NCBI GenBank assembly: GCA_964386865.1
Contig: CAYLUN010000012.1
Coordinates: 13,029-77,028, forward strand
From: an uncultured Lentisphaeraceae bacterium
GTDB taxonomy: Bacteria > Verrucomicrobiota > Kiritimatiellia > RFP12 > UBA1067
Reading direction: 5' to 3'
DNA length: 64,000 nt
Of the stretch, positions 28,799 through 37,456 are shown in pieces. Position numbers and translations under genes: made by a program. The notes under the pieces are model-generated. The model saw only the letters and a list, made by a program, of their open reading frames with translations, was not told the origin of the DNA and did not search any database. How positions within the stretch are numbered: position 1 is the first letter of the stretch; each line of letters begins with the position of its first letter.

Positions 28799-29023
28799 AC
28801 GGGCTCACAAACTGAGTGTGGCGCGGCGACGTCCGCCAGCCGTGCCACACCTACCGCGAGGGTTCGCCGCCGTACAAGAAGGGCATCGCCTCGGGCCCCA
28901 GCCGTCTGCGGCCTGAGCGCTGAGCGCGCTGGAAATCTGAATTGACTCCTCTTCTCTTCAGGTCATAATACTGGCTCGTTGAGCCTGGGGACGCATGGGC
29001 CATACGCTGAAATGGGGGTCTCG

Positions 29024-32000
29024 ATGAGAGCACGCATCATCTGTCGTCGCGGGCTGGCGCTGGCCGCCGGCCTTCTGTTCGCACACCAAGCCGCGCGGGC
29101 GGAGCTTGAGGCCGAGCGCCTGCGCTGCGAGTACCGCAAGAATCCGCAGGGCATCGACGAGGCCCAGCCGCGCCTGAGCTGGCAGCTCGATGCGGACGGC
29201 GCTCGCGGCGTCAGGCAGAGCGCCTACCATGTCTTGGTGGCCAGCAGCGCGGCGCTGCTCAAGAAAGGCGCGGGCGACCTGTGGGACTCGGGCAAAGTCG
29301 CCGCGGACCGCAGCACGCAGATCGCGTACGCGGGCAGGCCGCTCGCTTCGCGCCAAGCCTGCTTCTGGAAGGTCCGCGTCTACGGTCAGGACGGCGAGGC
29401 GTCGGACTGGAGCGACCCTGCGTCGTGGACCATGGGCCTGCTTCAGCCGAGCGACTGGCAGGGCACGTGGATTGGCAAAGACGAGACGGCGAAGACCGTC
29501 CTGCTCGAGGGCTGCTCGTGGATCGGACACCCCGAGAGTTTCAAGGGTGTCACCGCCGGGCCGGGCCTGCGTTTCTACCGCCGCGCGTTCGAGCTGCCCG
29601 CCGACCGCCCCCTGCGCCGCGCCGAGCTGAACCTCGCGGGCGACAACCTCTTCTCCTGCTCGATCAACGGCGAGCACGCGCTGGCCGGCGGCAGCTTCGC
29701 GGCAGTCACTCAGCGCGACGTCACGCGTTTCTTGCGCCCGGGCCGCAACGTCATCGCCGTGCAGGTCAACAACCTCGGCGACAACCCCAACCCGGCAGGC
29801 GCGGTCGGCAAGCTCACCGTCACGTTCGAACGCGGCGAGCCGCTCGTGATCGCCACGGACGGACAGTGGAAGTCGCACGGCGCCGAGATCAAGCAGTGGC
29901 ACCTGCCCGCCTTCGACGACGCGGCGTGGAAGCCCGTCAACGTCCTGGGGCCTGTCGGCATGCAGCCGTGGGGCCCGGTGCACGGCCCCGAAGACCGCAC
30001 CCTCGCAGCCCGCATGCTGCGCAAGGAGTTCGCTGCCGCCAAAAAGGTCGCGCGAGCGACCGTCTATTTCAGCGGCCTCGGCCTCTCCGAGCTCTACCTC
30101 AACGGCGAGAAGGTCGGCGACGCCGTGCTCTCGCCGGGCCTCACCCACTACACTGCCCGTGCCTTCTACGTGACCTTCGACGTGACCGAGCAGCTCCGGC
30201 GCGGCGCCAACGCGCTGGGCGTCTGGCTCGGCAACGGCCGCTTCTTCGCGCCCCGCTCCACCTATCCGATGAAGACGCTCAGCTACGGCTATCCGAAGCT
30301 CCTGCTTCAGCTCGAGATCGACTACGCCGACGGCACGCGCGACACGGTGGCCAGCGACGGCACGTGGCGGCTCACCTGCGACGGCCCGATCACGGCCAAC
30401 AACGAGTACGACGGCGAAGCCTACGACGCCCGCCGCGAGCTGCACGGCTGGGCCGTGCCCGGCTTCGACGACTCTGCGTGGCAGGCGGCGCAGCGCGTGG
30501 ACGCGCCCGGCCCCACGGTCTCCGCGCAGATGGCCGAGCCCATCCGCGTGACGGGCGCGCTCACGCCCGTCGCGCTCACCGAGCCCAAGCCCGGCGTGTT
30601 CATTTACGACATGGGGCAGAACCTGGTCGGCTGGTGCCGCCTCCGCGTGCGCGGGCCTGCAGGAACAACGGTCAAGCTGCGCCACGCTGAAACCCTGCTG
30701 CCGGACGGCACGCTCTACCTCGACAACATCCGCAGCGCCAAGGTCACCGACACCTACACGCTCAAAGGCGGCGGCAGCGAGGTCTACGAGCCGCGCTTCA
30801 CCTACCACGGCTTCCGCTACGTCGAAGTCACCGGCTTCCCGGGCAAGCCAGACCTCCACACGCTCGGCGGCTGCGTGGTCAACGACGACGTCGCGAGCGC
30901 GGGCGACTTCACCTGCTCGAATCCGACCATCAACAGCATCTATCAGATCTCCCGCTGGGGCACGCGCGGCAACTACCGCAGCATGCCGACCGACTGCCCG
31001 CAGCGCGACGAGCGCCAGGGGTGGCTCGGCGACCGCTCCTCGGAGTCCAAGGGCGAGTCGTACTTCTTCGACGTTGCGGCGCTCTACACCAAGTGGCTGC
31101 ACGACATGGCCGACTCGCAGAAGGAGAGCGGCAGCATCCCGGACGTCTGCCCGCCCTACTGGCCGCTCTACAACGACAGCGTCACGTGGCCCGGCAGCGC
31201 GGTCATCATCCCCGGCGCGCTCATCGACCAGTACGGCGACACGCGCATCGTCGCGCGCCACTACCCCGCCATGCAGAAGTGGATCGCGCACATGAGCAGC
31301 TACGTCACGAACGGCATCATCGAGAAGGACAGCTACGGCGACTGGTGCGTGCCGCCCGAGGACCCCAAGCTGATCCACTCCAAGGATCCGGCCCGCAAGA
31401 CCGCGCCGGCGCTGCTCGCCACCAGCTACTTCTATCACTGCCTCACGCTGATGGCCCGCTACGCCACGCTGCTCGACAAGCCCGCCGACGCGCAGCGCTA
31501 CCTCGCGCAGGCCGATGCCATGAAGCTCGCCTTCAACGCCACATTCTACAAGCCCGACCTCGGCACCTACGACAACGGCACCCAGACCGCCTGCGTGCTG
31601 CCCCTTGCCTTCGGCCTCGTGCCGCCGGCCGAGCGCGGACGCGTGTTCGGTCACCTCGTCAAGAAGATCACGGGCGAAACCACGGGGCACGTCGGCACCG
31701 GCCTCGTCGGCGGCCAGTGGCTCAACCGCGTGCTGACCGAGGGCGGCCGCGCCGACCTCTCGTACGGCTTCGCCACGCACACCGACTACCCGAGCTGGGG
31801 CTACATGCTCAGCAAGGGCGCGACCACGGTGTGGGAGCTGTGGAACGGCGACACCGCCGACCCCGCGATGAACTCCGGCAACCACGTGATGCTCGTCGGC
31901 GACCTGATCATCTGGTTCAATGAGACGCTCGCGGGCATCGCGCCCGACCCGGCGCAGCCCGGCTTCAAGCACATCGTCATGCGGCCGCAGCCGGTCGGCG

Positions 32001-32266
32001 ACCTCACCTCTGTCAAGGCCTCGCACCACTCGCCCTATGGCACGATCCGCAGCGAGTGGGCGCGCAAGGACGGCGCGTTCGACTGGCGCATCGAGGTGCC
32101 TGCCAACGCGACCGCCACCGTGTACGTGCCTGCCGCAGGCGCCGACGCTGTGACCGAAGGCGGCAAGCCGCTCGCGAAGGCCAAGGGCGTCAAGCTGCTC
32201 CGCGCCGAGGGCGGCGCGGTCGCGCTTGAGGTCGGGTCTGGCGAGTACCGCTTCTCTGTTCGCTAG
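29024..32266 (+). CDS. Alpha-L-rhamnosidase, GH78
   Basis: LRCEY..NP.GID..QPRLSW, DMGQNLVG, FTYHGFRY, PTDCPQRDERQGWLGD, YGDW and GATTVWELWN...MNSGNH. Confidence 0.95.
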   Translation: MRARIICRRGLALAAGLLFAHQAARAELEAERLRCEYRKNPQGIDEAQPRLSWQLDADGARGVRQSAYHVLVASSAALLKKGAGDLWDSGKVAADRSTQIAYAGRPLASRQACFWKVRVYGQDGEASDWSDPASWTMGLLQPSDWQGTWIGKDETAKTVLLEGCSWIGHPESFKGVTAGPGLRFYRRAFELPADRPLRRAELNLAGDNLFSCSINGEHALAGGSFAAVTQRDVTRFLRPGRNVIAVQVNNLGDNPNPAGAVGKLTVTFERGEPLVIATDGQWKSHGAEIKQWHLPAFDDAAWKPVNVLGPVGMQPWGPVHGPEDRTLAARMLRKEFAAAKKVARATVYFSGLGLSELYLNGEKVGDAVLSPGLTHYTARAFYVTFDVTEQLRRGANALGVWLGNGRFFAPRSTYPMKTLSYGYPKLLLQLEIDYADGTRDTVASDGTWRLTCDGPITANNEYDGEAYDARRELHGWAVPGFDDSAWQAAQRVDAPGPTVSAQMAEPIRVTGALTPVALTEPKPGVFIYDMGQNLVGWCRLRVRGPAGTTVKLRHAETLLPDGTLYLDNIRSAKVTDTYTLKGGGSEVYEPRFTYHGFRYVEVTGFPGKPDLHTLGGCVVNDDVASAGDFTCSNPTINSIYQISRWGTRGNYRSMPTDCPQRDERQGWLGDRSSESKGESYFFDVAALYTKWLHDMADSQKESGSIPDVCPPYWPLYNDSVTWPGSAVIIPGALIDQYGDTRIVARHYPAMQKWIAHMSSYVTNGIIEKDSYGDWCVPPEDPKLIHSKDPARKTAPALLATSYFYHCLTLMARYATLLDKPADAQRYLAQADAMKLAFNATFYKPDLGTYDNGTQTACVLPLAFGLVPPAERGRVFGHLVKKITGETTGHVGTGLVGGQWLNRVLTEGGRADLSYGFATHTDYPSWGYMLSKGATTVWELWNGDTADPAMNSGNHVMLVGDLIIWFNETLAGIAPDPAQPGFKHIVMRPQPVGDLTSVKASHHSPYGTIRSEWARKDGAFDWRIEVPANATATVYVPAAGADAVTEGGKPLAKAKGVKLLRAEGGAVALEVGSGEYRFSVR

Positions 32267-32309
32267 GCTGACTTCGCTAGCGCTCGTCAACGCCAAGGGA
32301 GACGTGAAG

Positions 32310-33038
32310 ATGAAAAACCCCATGGACAGACAGCTCGAGAAGCGGCTCTCCGACCGAGCCGTCGCCATCGGCCGCGAGGCCGAGGTGCCGGCCTTCGCAG
32401 AGCTGCTCGAGGGCCTGCGCTCTTCGTCCGCCAATGTCCGGCGTCTCTCGGCGTCCGCGCTCGGCAAGCTCGCATGGCTGGGCGTCGATCAGGCGGCGGC
32501 CGTGCCCGCGCTCGCGCCGGTCGCGCGGGCTGACCCGCACGCGCAGACGCGCCAGTATGCCATCAAGGCGCTCAAGGCCTACGGCGCAGCGGCGCAGCCA
32601 TGCGTACACGACCTGCGCGATCTCTCGCGCAACCCCGACGAAACCGATTACAACCGGCGCGACGCGGCATCGGCCGCCGACTTCGTAGAGGAGGCCGTGC
32701 GCGTCTGCGCGGCGCAGGCCGAACACCGCTGCCAGCGGTACAGCGTGCGCGTATCCGCCGACGAGTTCGCCCGCTCGCAGCAGGCCTTTCAGCGCGTCTA
32801 TTGCGACCACTGCTTCGACTACATCGAGTACGGGGGCCTCGACACGCCGCAGTACAAGATGAGCATGTACAAGAAGCAGATGCTCTACCAGCAGGAAGGC
32901 AAGCGCTTAGTCTCAGTGTATCCCCGCGACCTGCCCAGCCTCGATGTCCTCCTCACCTCCAAGCTCCGCCTGTTCGGCTACACAGTCAGCGCCAACGAGC
33001 GAAGCGAAGTCAGCTTTGTCCGGAGACCACCCCTATGA
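32310..33038 (+). pseudogene. HEAT-repeat protein with a truncated PD-(D/E)XK-like C-terminal domain; probably internally deleted
   Basis: HEAT repeats (NVRRLSASALGKL; TRQYAIKAL) and CDHCFD joined directly to YIEYGG...KK.LY...RLVSVYP. The frame is open, so the gene may still be translated. Confidence 0.45.
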
Positions 33039-35698
33039 CAGCCGTACTCTCCCTCTGCGCCGCTTTCGGCCTGCGCCTCATCGAGGTGCCCGCCGGCGAA
33101 TTCCAGATGGGTTCAGACACTGGAAGTCGCGACCTCTGCTTCGGCGAGCGCTCCGCGCACGCGGTGCGGCTCACGCAGCCCTTCCGCATCTCAGCCACGG
33201 AGATCACGCTGGAGCAGTACAGGCAGTTCAGGCCGGACTTCGCCGGCACGACCAACTGCGCGCCCTACGCGGCGGGGCTAAGCTGGCGCGACGCCGACGC
33301 CTTCTGCGCCTGGCTCAGCACGCGCGAGGGCAAGCCCTACCGCCTGCCGACCGAAGCCGAGTGGGAGCACGTTTGCCGCCAGGCCGACAAGCTCGGCGTG
33401 CAGCGCCTGTTCGACGAGCCGCTCGAGTGGTGCGCCGACTGGTACGGCGAGTATCCCGGCGGCCCGCTCACCGACCCGGCTGGCCCTGACAGCGGGCTCG
33501 CGCGCGTCGTGCGCGGCGGCTGCCTCGACGAAAAGGCGAAAGCCGAAGACTACGCGCACGCGTCAAACCGCGCGGGCATCGCGCCCGCCTTCGGCCTCGC
33601 CCCCGGCGCGCCCGCCGGGCTCGGCGCGCACCGCATCGGGTTCCGCGTCGTGCAGGCCCCGCCGCTCAGCGCGAGGCCGTGGCCGGCCCTCACCAGCCTC
33701 GTGCGGCAGGGTGTCAAGGACACGGCCGCGCTCGCCAAGCAAGGCCCGGATCCCGCAAAGCCGTATTTCCGCAAGCGCCACCTGCTCCCCGTGCCGCCCG
33801 ACAACGCCCCAACCGAGGTGATCGACGCGACCGGGCTGCACCCCTCCTTCCGGCGTCACAACCACAGCCCCGCGCTGACCGCCTGCCCCAACGGCGACCT
33901 GCTGATGGCCATCTACACGTCGCTCCGCGAATACGAGCCCGAGGTGTCGCTGGTCGCCGCCCGCCTGCGCTTCGGCGCCGACGAGTGGGACCGGCCCGCG
34001 CCCTTTGTTGACTTCCCCGGCACCAACGACCACGCGCCGCTGCTCGCTGCGGACGGCGCCACCGTGCGCCTCTTCTGGGGCAGCCCGCACCTGCCCGGCG
34101 GCTTTCCGTTCCAGTGGATCGAGTCGCCTGACAGCGGGGCGACGTGGAGCGACGCGCGCTTCCCGCGCTTCCTGGCAGAGCCCGGCCCGCACTCGCGCCA
34201 GCCGATCAACAGCTCCTTCCGCGACGAGCGCGGCACGCTCTACGTCGCCAGCGATGCAGGAGGCTCGACCTCGGTGCTGTGGGCGAGCGACGACAGCGGC
34301 CTGACCTGGCGCGACACCGTCGGCCGCAGCGCGGGACGACACACGGCCTACGCCCTGCTCAAGGACGGCAGCCTCCTCGGTCTGGGCGGCAAGAACAGCA
34401 GCGTGGACGGTTACATGCCGCAGGTCGTCTCGCGCGACGGCGGCAAGACCTGGGAGAAGCGCGCGACGGTTTTCCCCGCCCTCGCCAACAACCAGCGCCC
34501 CAGCCTGCTGCGCCTCCAGAGCGGACGGCTCTTTTTCGCGGGCGACTATCAGGATATCCGCGGGCAGCGCCCGGCGGGGGTCACCGAGCGGGGCTCCTAC
34601 GTGGCGCTCTCCGAGGACGACGGCCAGACCTGGCGCCAGAAGCGGCTGATCGGCACCCAGCCCCACGAGTCCGCCAGCGCCCTCGGCGGCGCAGACACGC
34701 TGGGCTACTCCGCCGCTTGCCAGGCCCCCAACGGCATGATTCACCTGATCACCACGATGAACCACCCCTGCCTCCACTTCGAGCTGAACGAGGCGTGGAT
34801 CCTGGCGCCCGCCGCGCCTGCGCCCCGCGCCGCCGCGCTGCTGGCCTCTTCCGCCACCGACGTGCCCGAGGCCCTGTCATATCGGGAGACCTATCCGGAC
34901 GGCAAACCGCGCATCACGTGGCAGGGCGGCTGTGCGGACGACGGGCGCTTCCTGATGCACGGCACGGAGACGCGCTATTTCCCTGACGGGCGCAAGCAGT
35001 ACGAGGCCACCTACCGGCTCGGGCGCAAGACCGGCGCCGAGACGCTGTGGCGCGAGGACGGCACCGCGCACGAACAGGGGCAGCATCGCGAAGACGGCGT
35101 GAGCGTCTGGACGCAGTTCTGGCCAAGCGGCAAGAAGAGGGCCGAGTCGAGCTGGCGCGGAGCCTTCGCCGACGGACCCGCCACGTGCTGGGCGGCGGAC
35201 GGCTCAGTCGCGAGCCGCGCCCGCTTCGCCAACGGCCAAGCGACGCTGGAAGCGGCGGACGGCTCCGCAGATGCCGCCAAGCCGGGCCAGCGCGTGCCGG
35301 GCGGCGCGTTCGAAGGCGCGCCGTGCTACGTCGACCGAGACTACCGCATCGCGTCGCTGCCGTCAACGCTGACGGGCGGCGACCTCGTGCGCACCGCCAA
35401 CGACGACGACTACGCGGCCGCCGAGGACTACCTCGCGCTCGACCTCGACGCCGACGCTACGGTCTACGTGTGCTACTGGGCCGAAGCCAACGAACTGCCG
35501 AAGTGGCTGAAGCAGGGGGGCTGGGAGCGCACGACCGGCCAGGCCCGCGTCAAAATCGGCACCGAATACAAGGCCTACACCGTCTTCGCCCGCGCCGCGC
35601 CCAAGGGCCGGCTCCTGCTCGGCGGCAACTCCCGCGCCCGCACCGGCGCGGTCAGCACCTATTTCGCCGTGATCCAAACCGCAAAACCGAAACCGTGA
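33035..35698 (+). CDS. FGE-sulfatase (SUMF1-like) / Asp-box sialidase-like propeller / MORN-variant repeat fusion protein
   Basis: PAGEFQMGS, YRLPTEAEWE, RVVRGG and IGFRVV; Asp boxes SPDSGATW, SDDSGLTW, SRDGGKTW and SEDDGQTW; YPDGK, YFPDGRK and FWPSGKK repeats. Confidence 0.8.
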   Translation: MTAVLSLCAAFGLRLIEVPAGEFQMGSDTGSRDLCFGERSAHAVRLTQPFRISATEITLEQYRQFRPDFAGTTNCAPYAAGLSWRDADAFCAWLSTREGKPYRLPTEAEWEHVCRQADKLGVQRLFDEPLEWCADWYGEYPGGPLTDPAGPDSGLARVVRGGCLDEKAKAEDYAHASNRAGIAPAFGLAPGAPAGLGAHRIGFRVVQAPPLSARPWPALTSLVRQGVKDTAALAKQGPDPAKPYFRKRHLLPVPPDNAPTEVIDATGLHPSFRRHNHSPALTACPNGDLLMAIYTSLREYEPEVSLVAARLRFGADEWDRPAPFVDFPGTNDHAPLLAADGATVRLFWGSPHLPGGFPFQWIESPDSGATWSDARFPRFLAEPGPHSRQPINSSFRDERGTLYVASDAGGSTSVLWASDDSGLTWRDTVGRSAGRHTAYALLKDGSLLGLGGKNSSVDGYMPQVVSRDGGKTWEKRATVFPALANNQRPSLLRLQSGRLFFAGDYQDIRGQRPAGVTERGSYVALSEDDGQTWRQKRLIGTQPHESASALGGADTLGYSAACQAPNGMIHLITTMNHPCLHFELNEAWILAPAAPAPRAAALLASSATDVPEALSYRETYPDGKPRITWQGGCADDGRFLMHGTETRYFPDGRKQYEATYRLGRKTGAETLWREDGTAHEQGQHREDGVSVWTQFWPSGKKRAESSWRGAFADGPATCWAADGSVASRARFANGQATLEAADGSADAAKPGQRVPGGAFEGAPCYVDRDYRIASLPSTLTGGDLVRTANDDDYAAAEDYLALDLDADATVYVCYWAEANELPKWLKQGGWERTTGQARVKIGTEYKAYTVFARAAPKGRLLLGGNSRARTGAVSTYFAVIQTAKPKP

Positions 35699-35709
35699 GG
35701 AAACAACCC

Positions 35710-37125
35710 ATGGCCACACGTCGCGGCTACGCCCTTGTTCTGTGCCTGCTCGGAGCTGCTTTACCGCTGCGGGCGGCGGACAGCGTGACGCAGAAGCCCC
35801 ACGCCTTTCCGCTCCTCTTCTCCGGCTCGCAAGACGTCGCCGACACGTGGGGCATGCTCCATTTCGGCACCACGCCCCTGCAGCGGATCCGAAACTGCCA
35901 GAGCCCCGGCTTCGAGCTCAGCTACTGCGCGCCGCGCGACGACGGCGCGTGGGACGTCTACGGTCTAACGTTCAAGGAAATTGCAAAGCACAACGACCAG
36001 GTCCGGGGCACCAACGTCTGGTCCGTAGTCCACGCGACCACGCGAGACGCCGTCACCTTCGAGAGCGTCGAGACCGTCTACGAAGCCGAGCCGGGCGCCT
36101 GGACCTTCAACCACGCCATGACCTACAACCCGGAGGCCAAGGAGTTTCTGCTGCTGAAGTTGCGGATGGACAACTTCGGCTTTCAGTACACCGCCTTCTT
36201 CAGCCCCGACGGCCGCACTTGGAAGCAGCACCCGCAGGCGCCGCTCTTCTACGACGGCGACGCGATCAGCCTCTTCTGGAGCCCCGTGCTCCACCGCTTC
36301 GTCCTCGTCGCCAAGAGCCTTCAGCCGGTGCCGGGCGGCAGCAAGCGCATCGTCGACCACGGCGGCAAGAACCGCCGCGTGATCGCCTTCCGCACCAGCC
36401 CGGACGGCCGCGCGTGGGAGCCGTCCGACTCCATGGAGGACGTCTGGAACCGCGGCGGGCGCTGGAAGCCGCGGCCCGACGCGGTGCTGACCGTGCCCGA
36501 CGCGCTCGACCCGCCGGACCTGGAGTTCTACAGCGGCAACGGCTTCTGGTACCGCGACCGCTGCTACCTGATGGTGCTGAACTACGCCGCGAGCGCGCTC
36601 AGCGTCCGTAAGCATGCGCCCCAGATGGACACCGAGTGGTGGGCGGGGAGCGACGGGCTGCGCTGGGAGCGCCCCGGACGCGGCGTGAACGCGACGGGCG
36701 CGGAGGTCAACCGCCTCACCCACAACCCGCTACTGATCGACGGCATGCTCCTCCTCCACTACGGCGACCACCTGCTCGGCATGAAGCAGGACCGCCTCAG
36801 CTTTGCCAGCGCGCGGGCCAACGCGGAGTTTTCAACCGTGCCGTTCACGATGCCGGCGGGCGACCTGCTGCTGAACGCCGCCGCGCCCTCGCCCGAGCGC
36901 GCCTTCGCCACGCAGCAGGCCTACATCCTGGCGGCCGTGCTCGATGACAAGGGCGCGGTCGTGCCCGGCTTCGAGCAAGACAAGTGCGTCCTACAGAAAG
37001 CCGACGCCATCGACCTGCCCCTCCTCTGGAACGGCAAGTCGGCGCGCGAATTGGCCGGGAAGGCCATCCGTTTACGCTTCTATCTGCGCAGCGCGAATAT
37101 CTACGCCGTATCACTCAAGGAGTAG
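35710..37125 (+). CDS. Secreted beta-propeller glycoside-hydrolase-like hypothetical protein
   Basis: Signal peptide, Asp-box-like SPDGRTW, SPDGRAW and SDGLRW, D..DPPDLEFY, and a C-terminal IRLRFYLR.A.IY beta domain. Confidence 0.6.
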   Translation: MATRRGYALVLCLLGAALPLRAADSVTQKPHAFPLLFSGSQDVADTWGMLHFGTTPLQRIRNCQSPGFELSYCAPRDDGAWDVYGLTFKEIAKHNDQVRGTNVWSVVHATTRDAVTFESVETVYEAEPGAWTFNHAMTYNPEAKEFLLLKLRMDNFGFQYTAFFSPDGRTWKQHPQAPLFYDGDAISLFWSPVLHRFVLVAKSLQPVPGGSKRIVDHGGKNRRVIAFRTSPDGRAWEPSDSMEDVWNRGGRWKPRPDAVLTVPDALDPPDLEFYSGNGFWYRDRCYLMVLNYAASALSVRKHAPQMDTEWWAGSDGLRWERPGRGVNATGAEVNRLTHNPLLIDGMLLLHYGDHLLGMKQDRLSFASARANAEFSTVPFTMPAGDLLLNAAAPSPERAFATQQAYILAAVLDDKGAVVPGFEQDKCVLQKADAIDLPLLWNGKSARELAGKAIRLRFYLRSANIYAVSLKE

Positions 37126-37456
37126 CTGAAGAGAGTAAACGCTCGACGACCGACACGCAGCCCTCCGAAGTTGCGCGACAATTGGGTTGCGGGACAAGGC
37201 CGGCTCTTTCCTGCGCTCAGCCACCGCGGCCAGAGCGGCCAGATCTTCGGCACAACCATCCAGAACCGCGGGGCTCGGTCCGCATTAGGAGGTGTGCCGA
37301 GCCAGAAGCATCACCACAGCGACGTATTCGGACTCACGCTCCCAACCTCGTTACGCGTCTGGGGACATGAGGATGCTGGCCGTTCGGTCGGCGAATCGCC
37401 CGGGCGCACGAGTTTTTCGTATGACCTCCGTTCACTCGTTCTGTTATACTGCGCAC

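Noticed and set aside
33035-33660. True formylglycine-generating enzyme
   Set aside because: The catalytic Cys pair is absent and there is no sulfatase in the window.
37126-37456. Gene or ncRNA in the 330-bp gap before the HzsA-like gene
   Set aside because: No recognisable protein motif or RNA family could be supported by eye.
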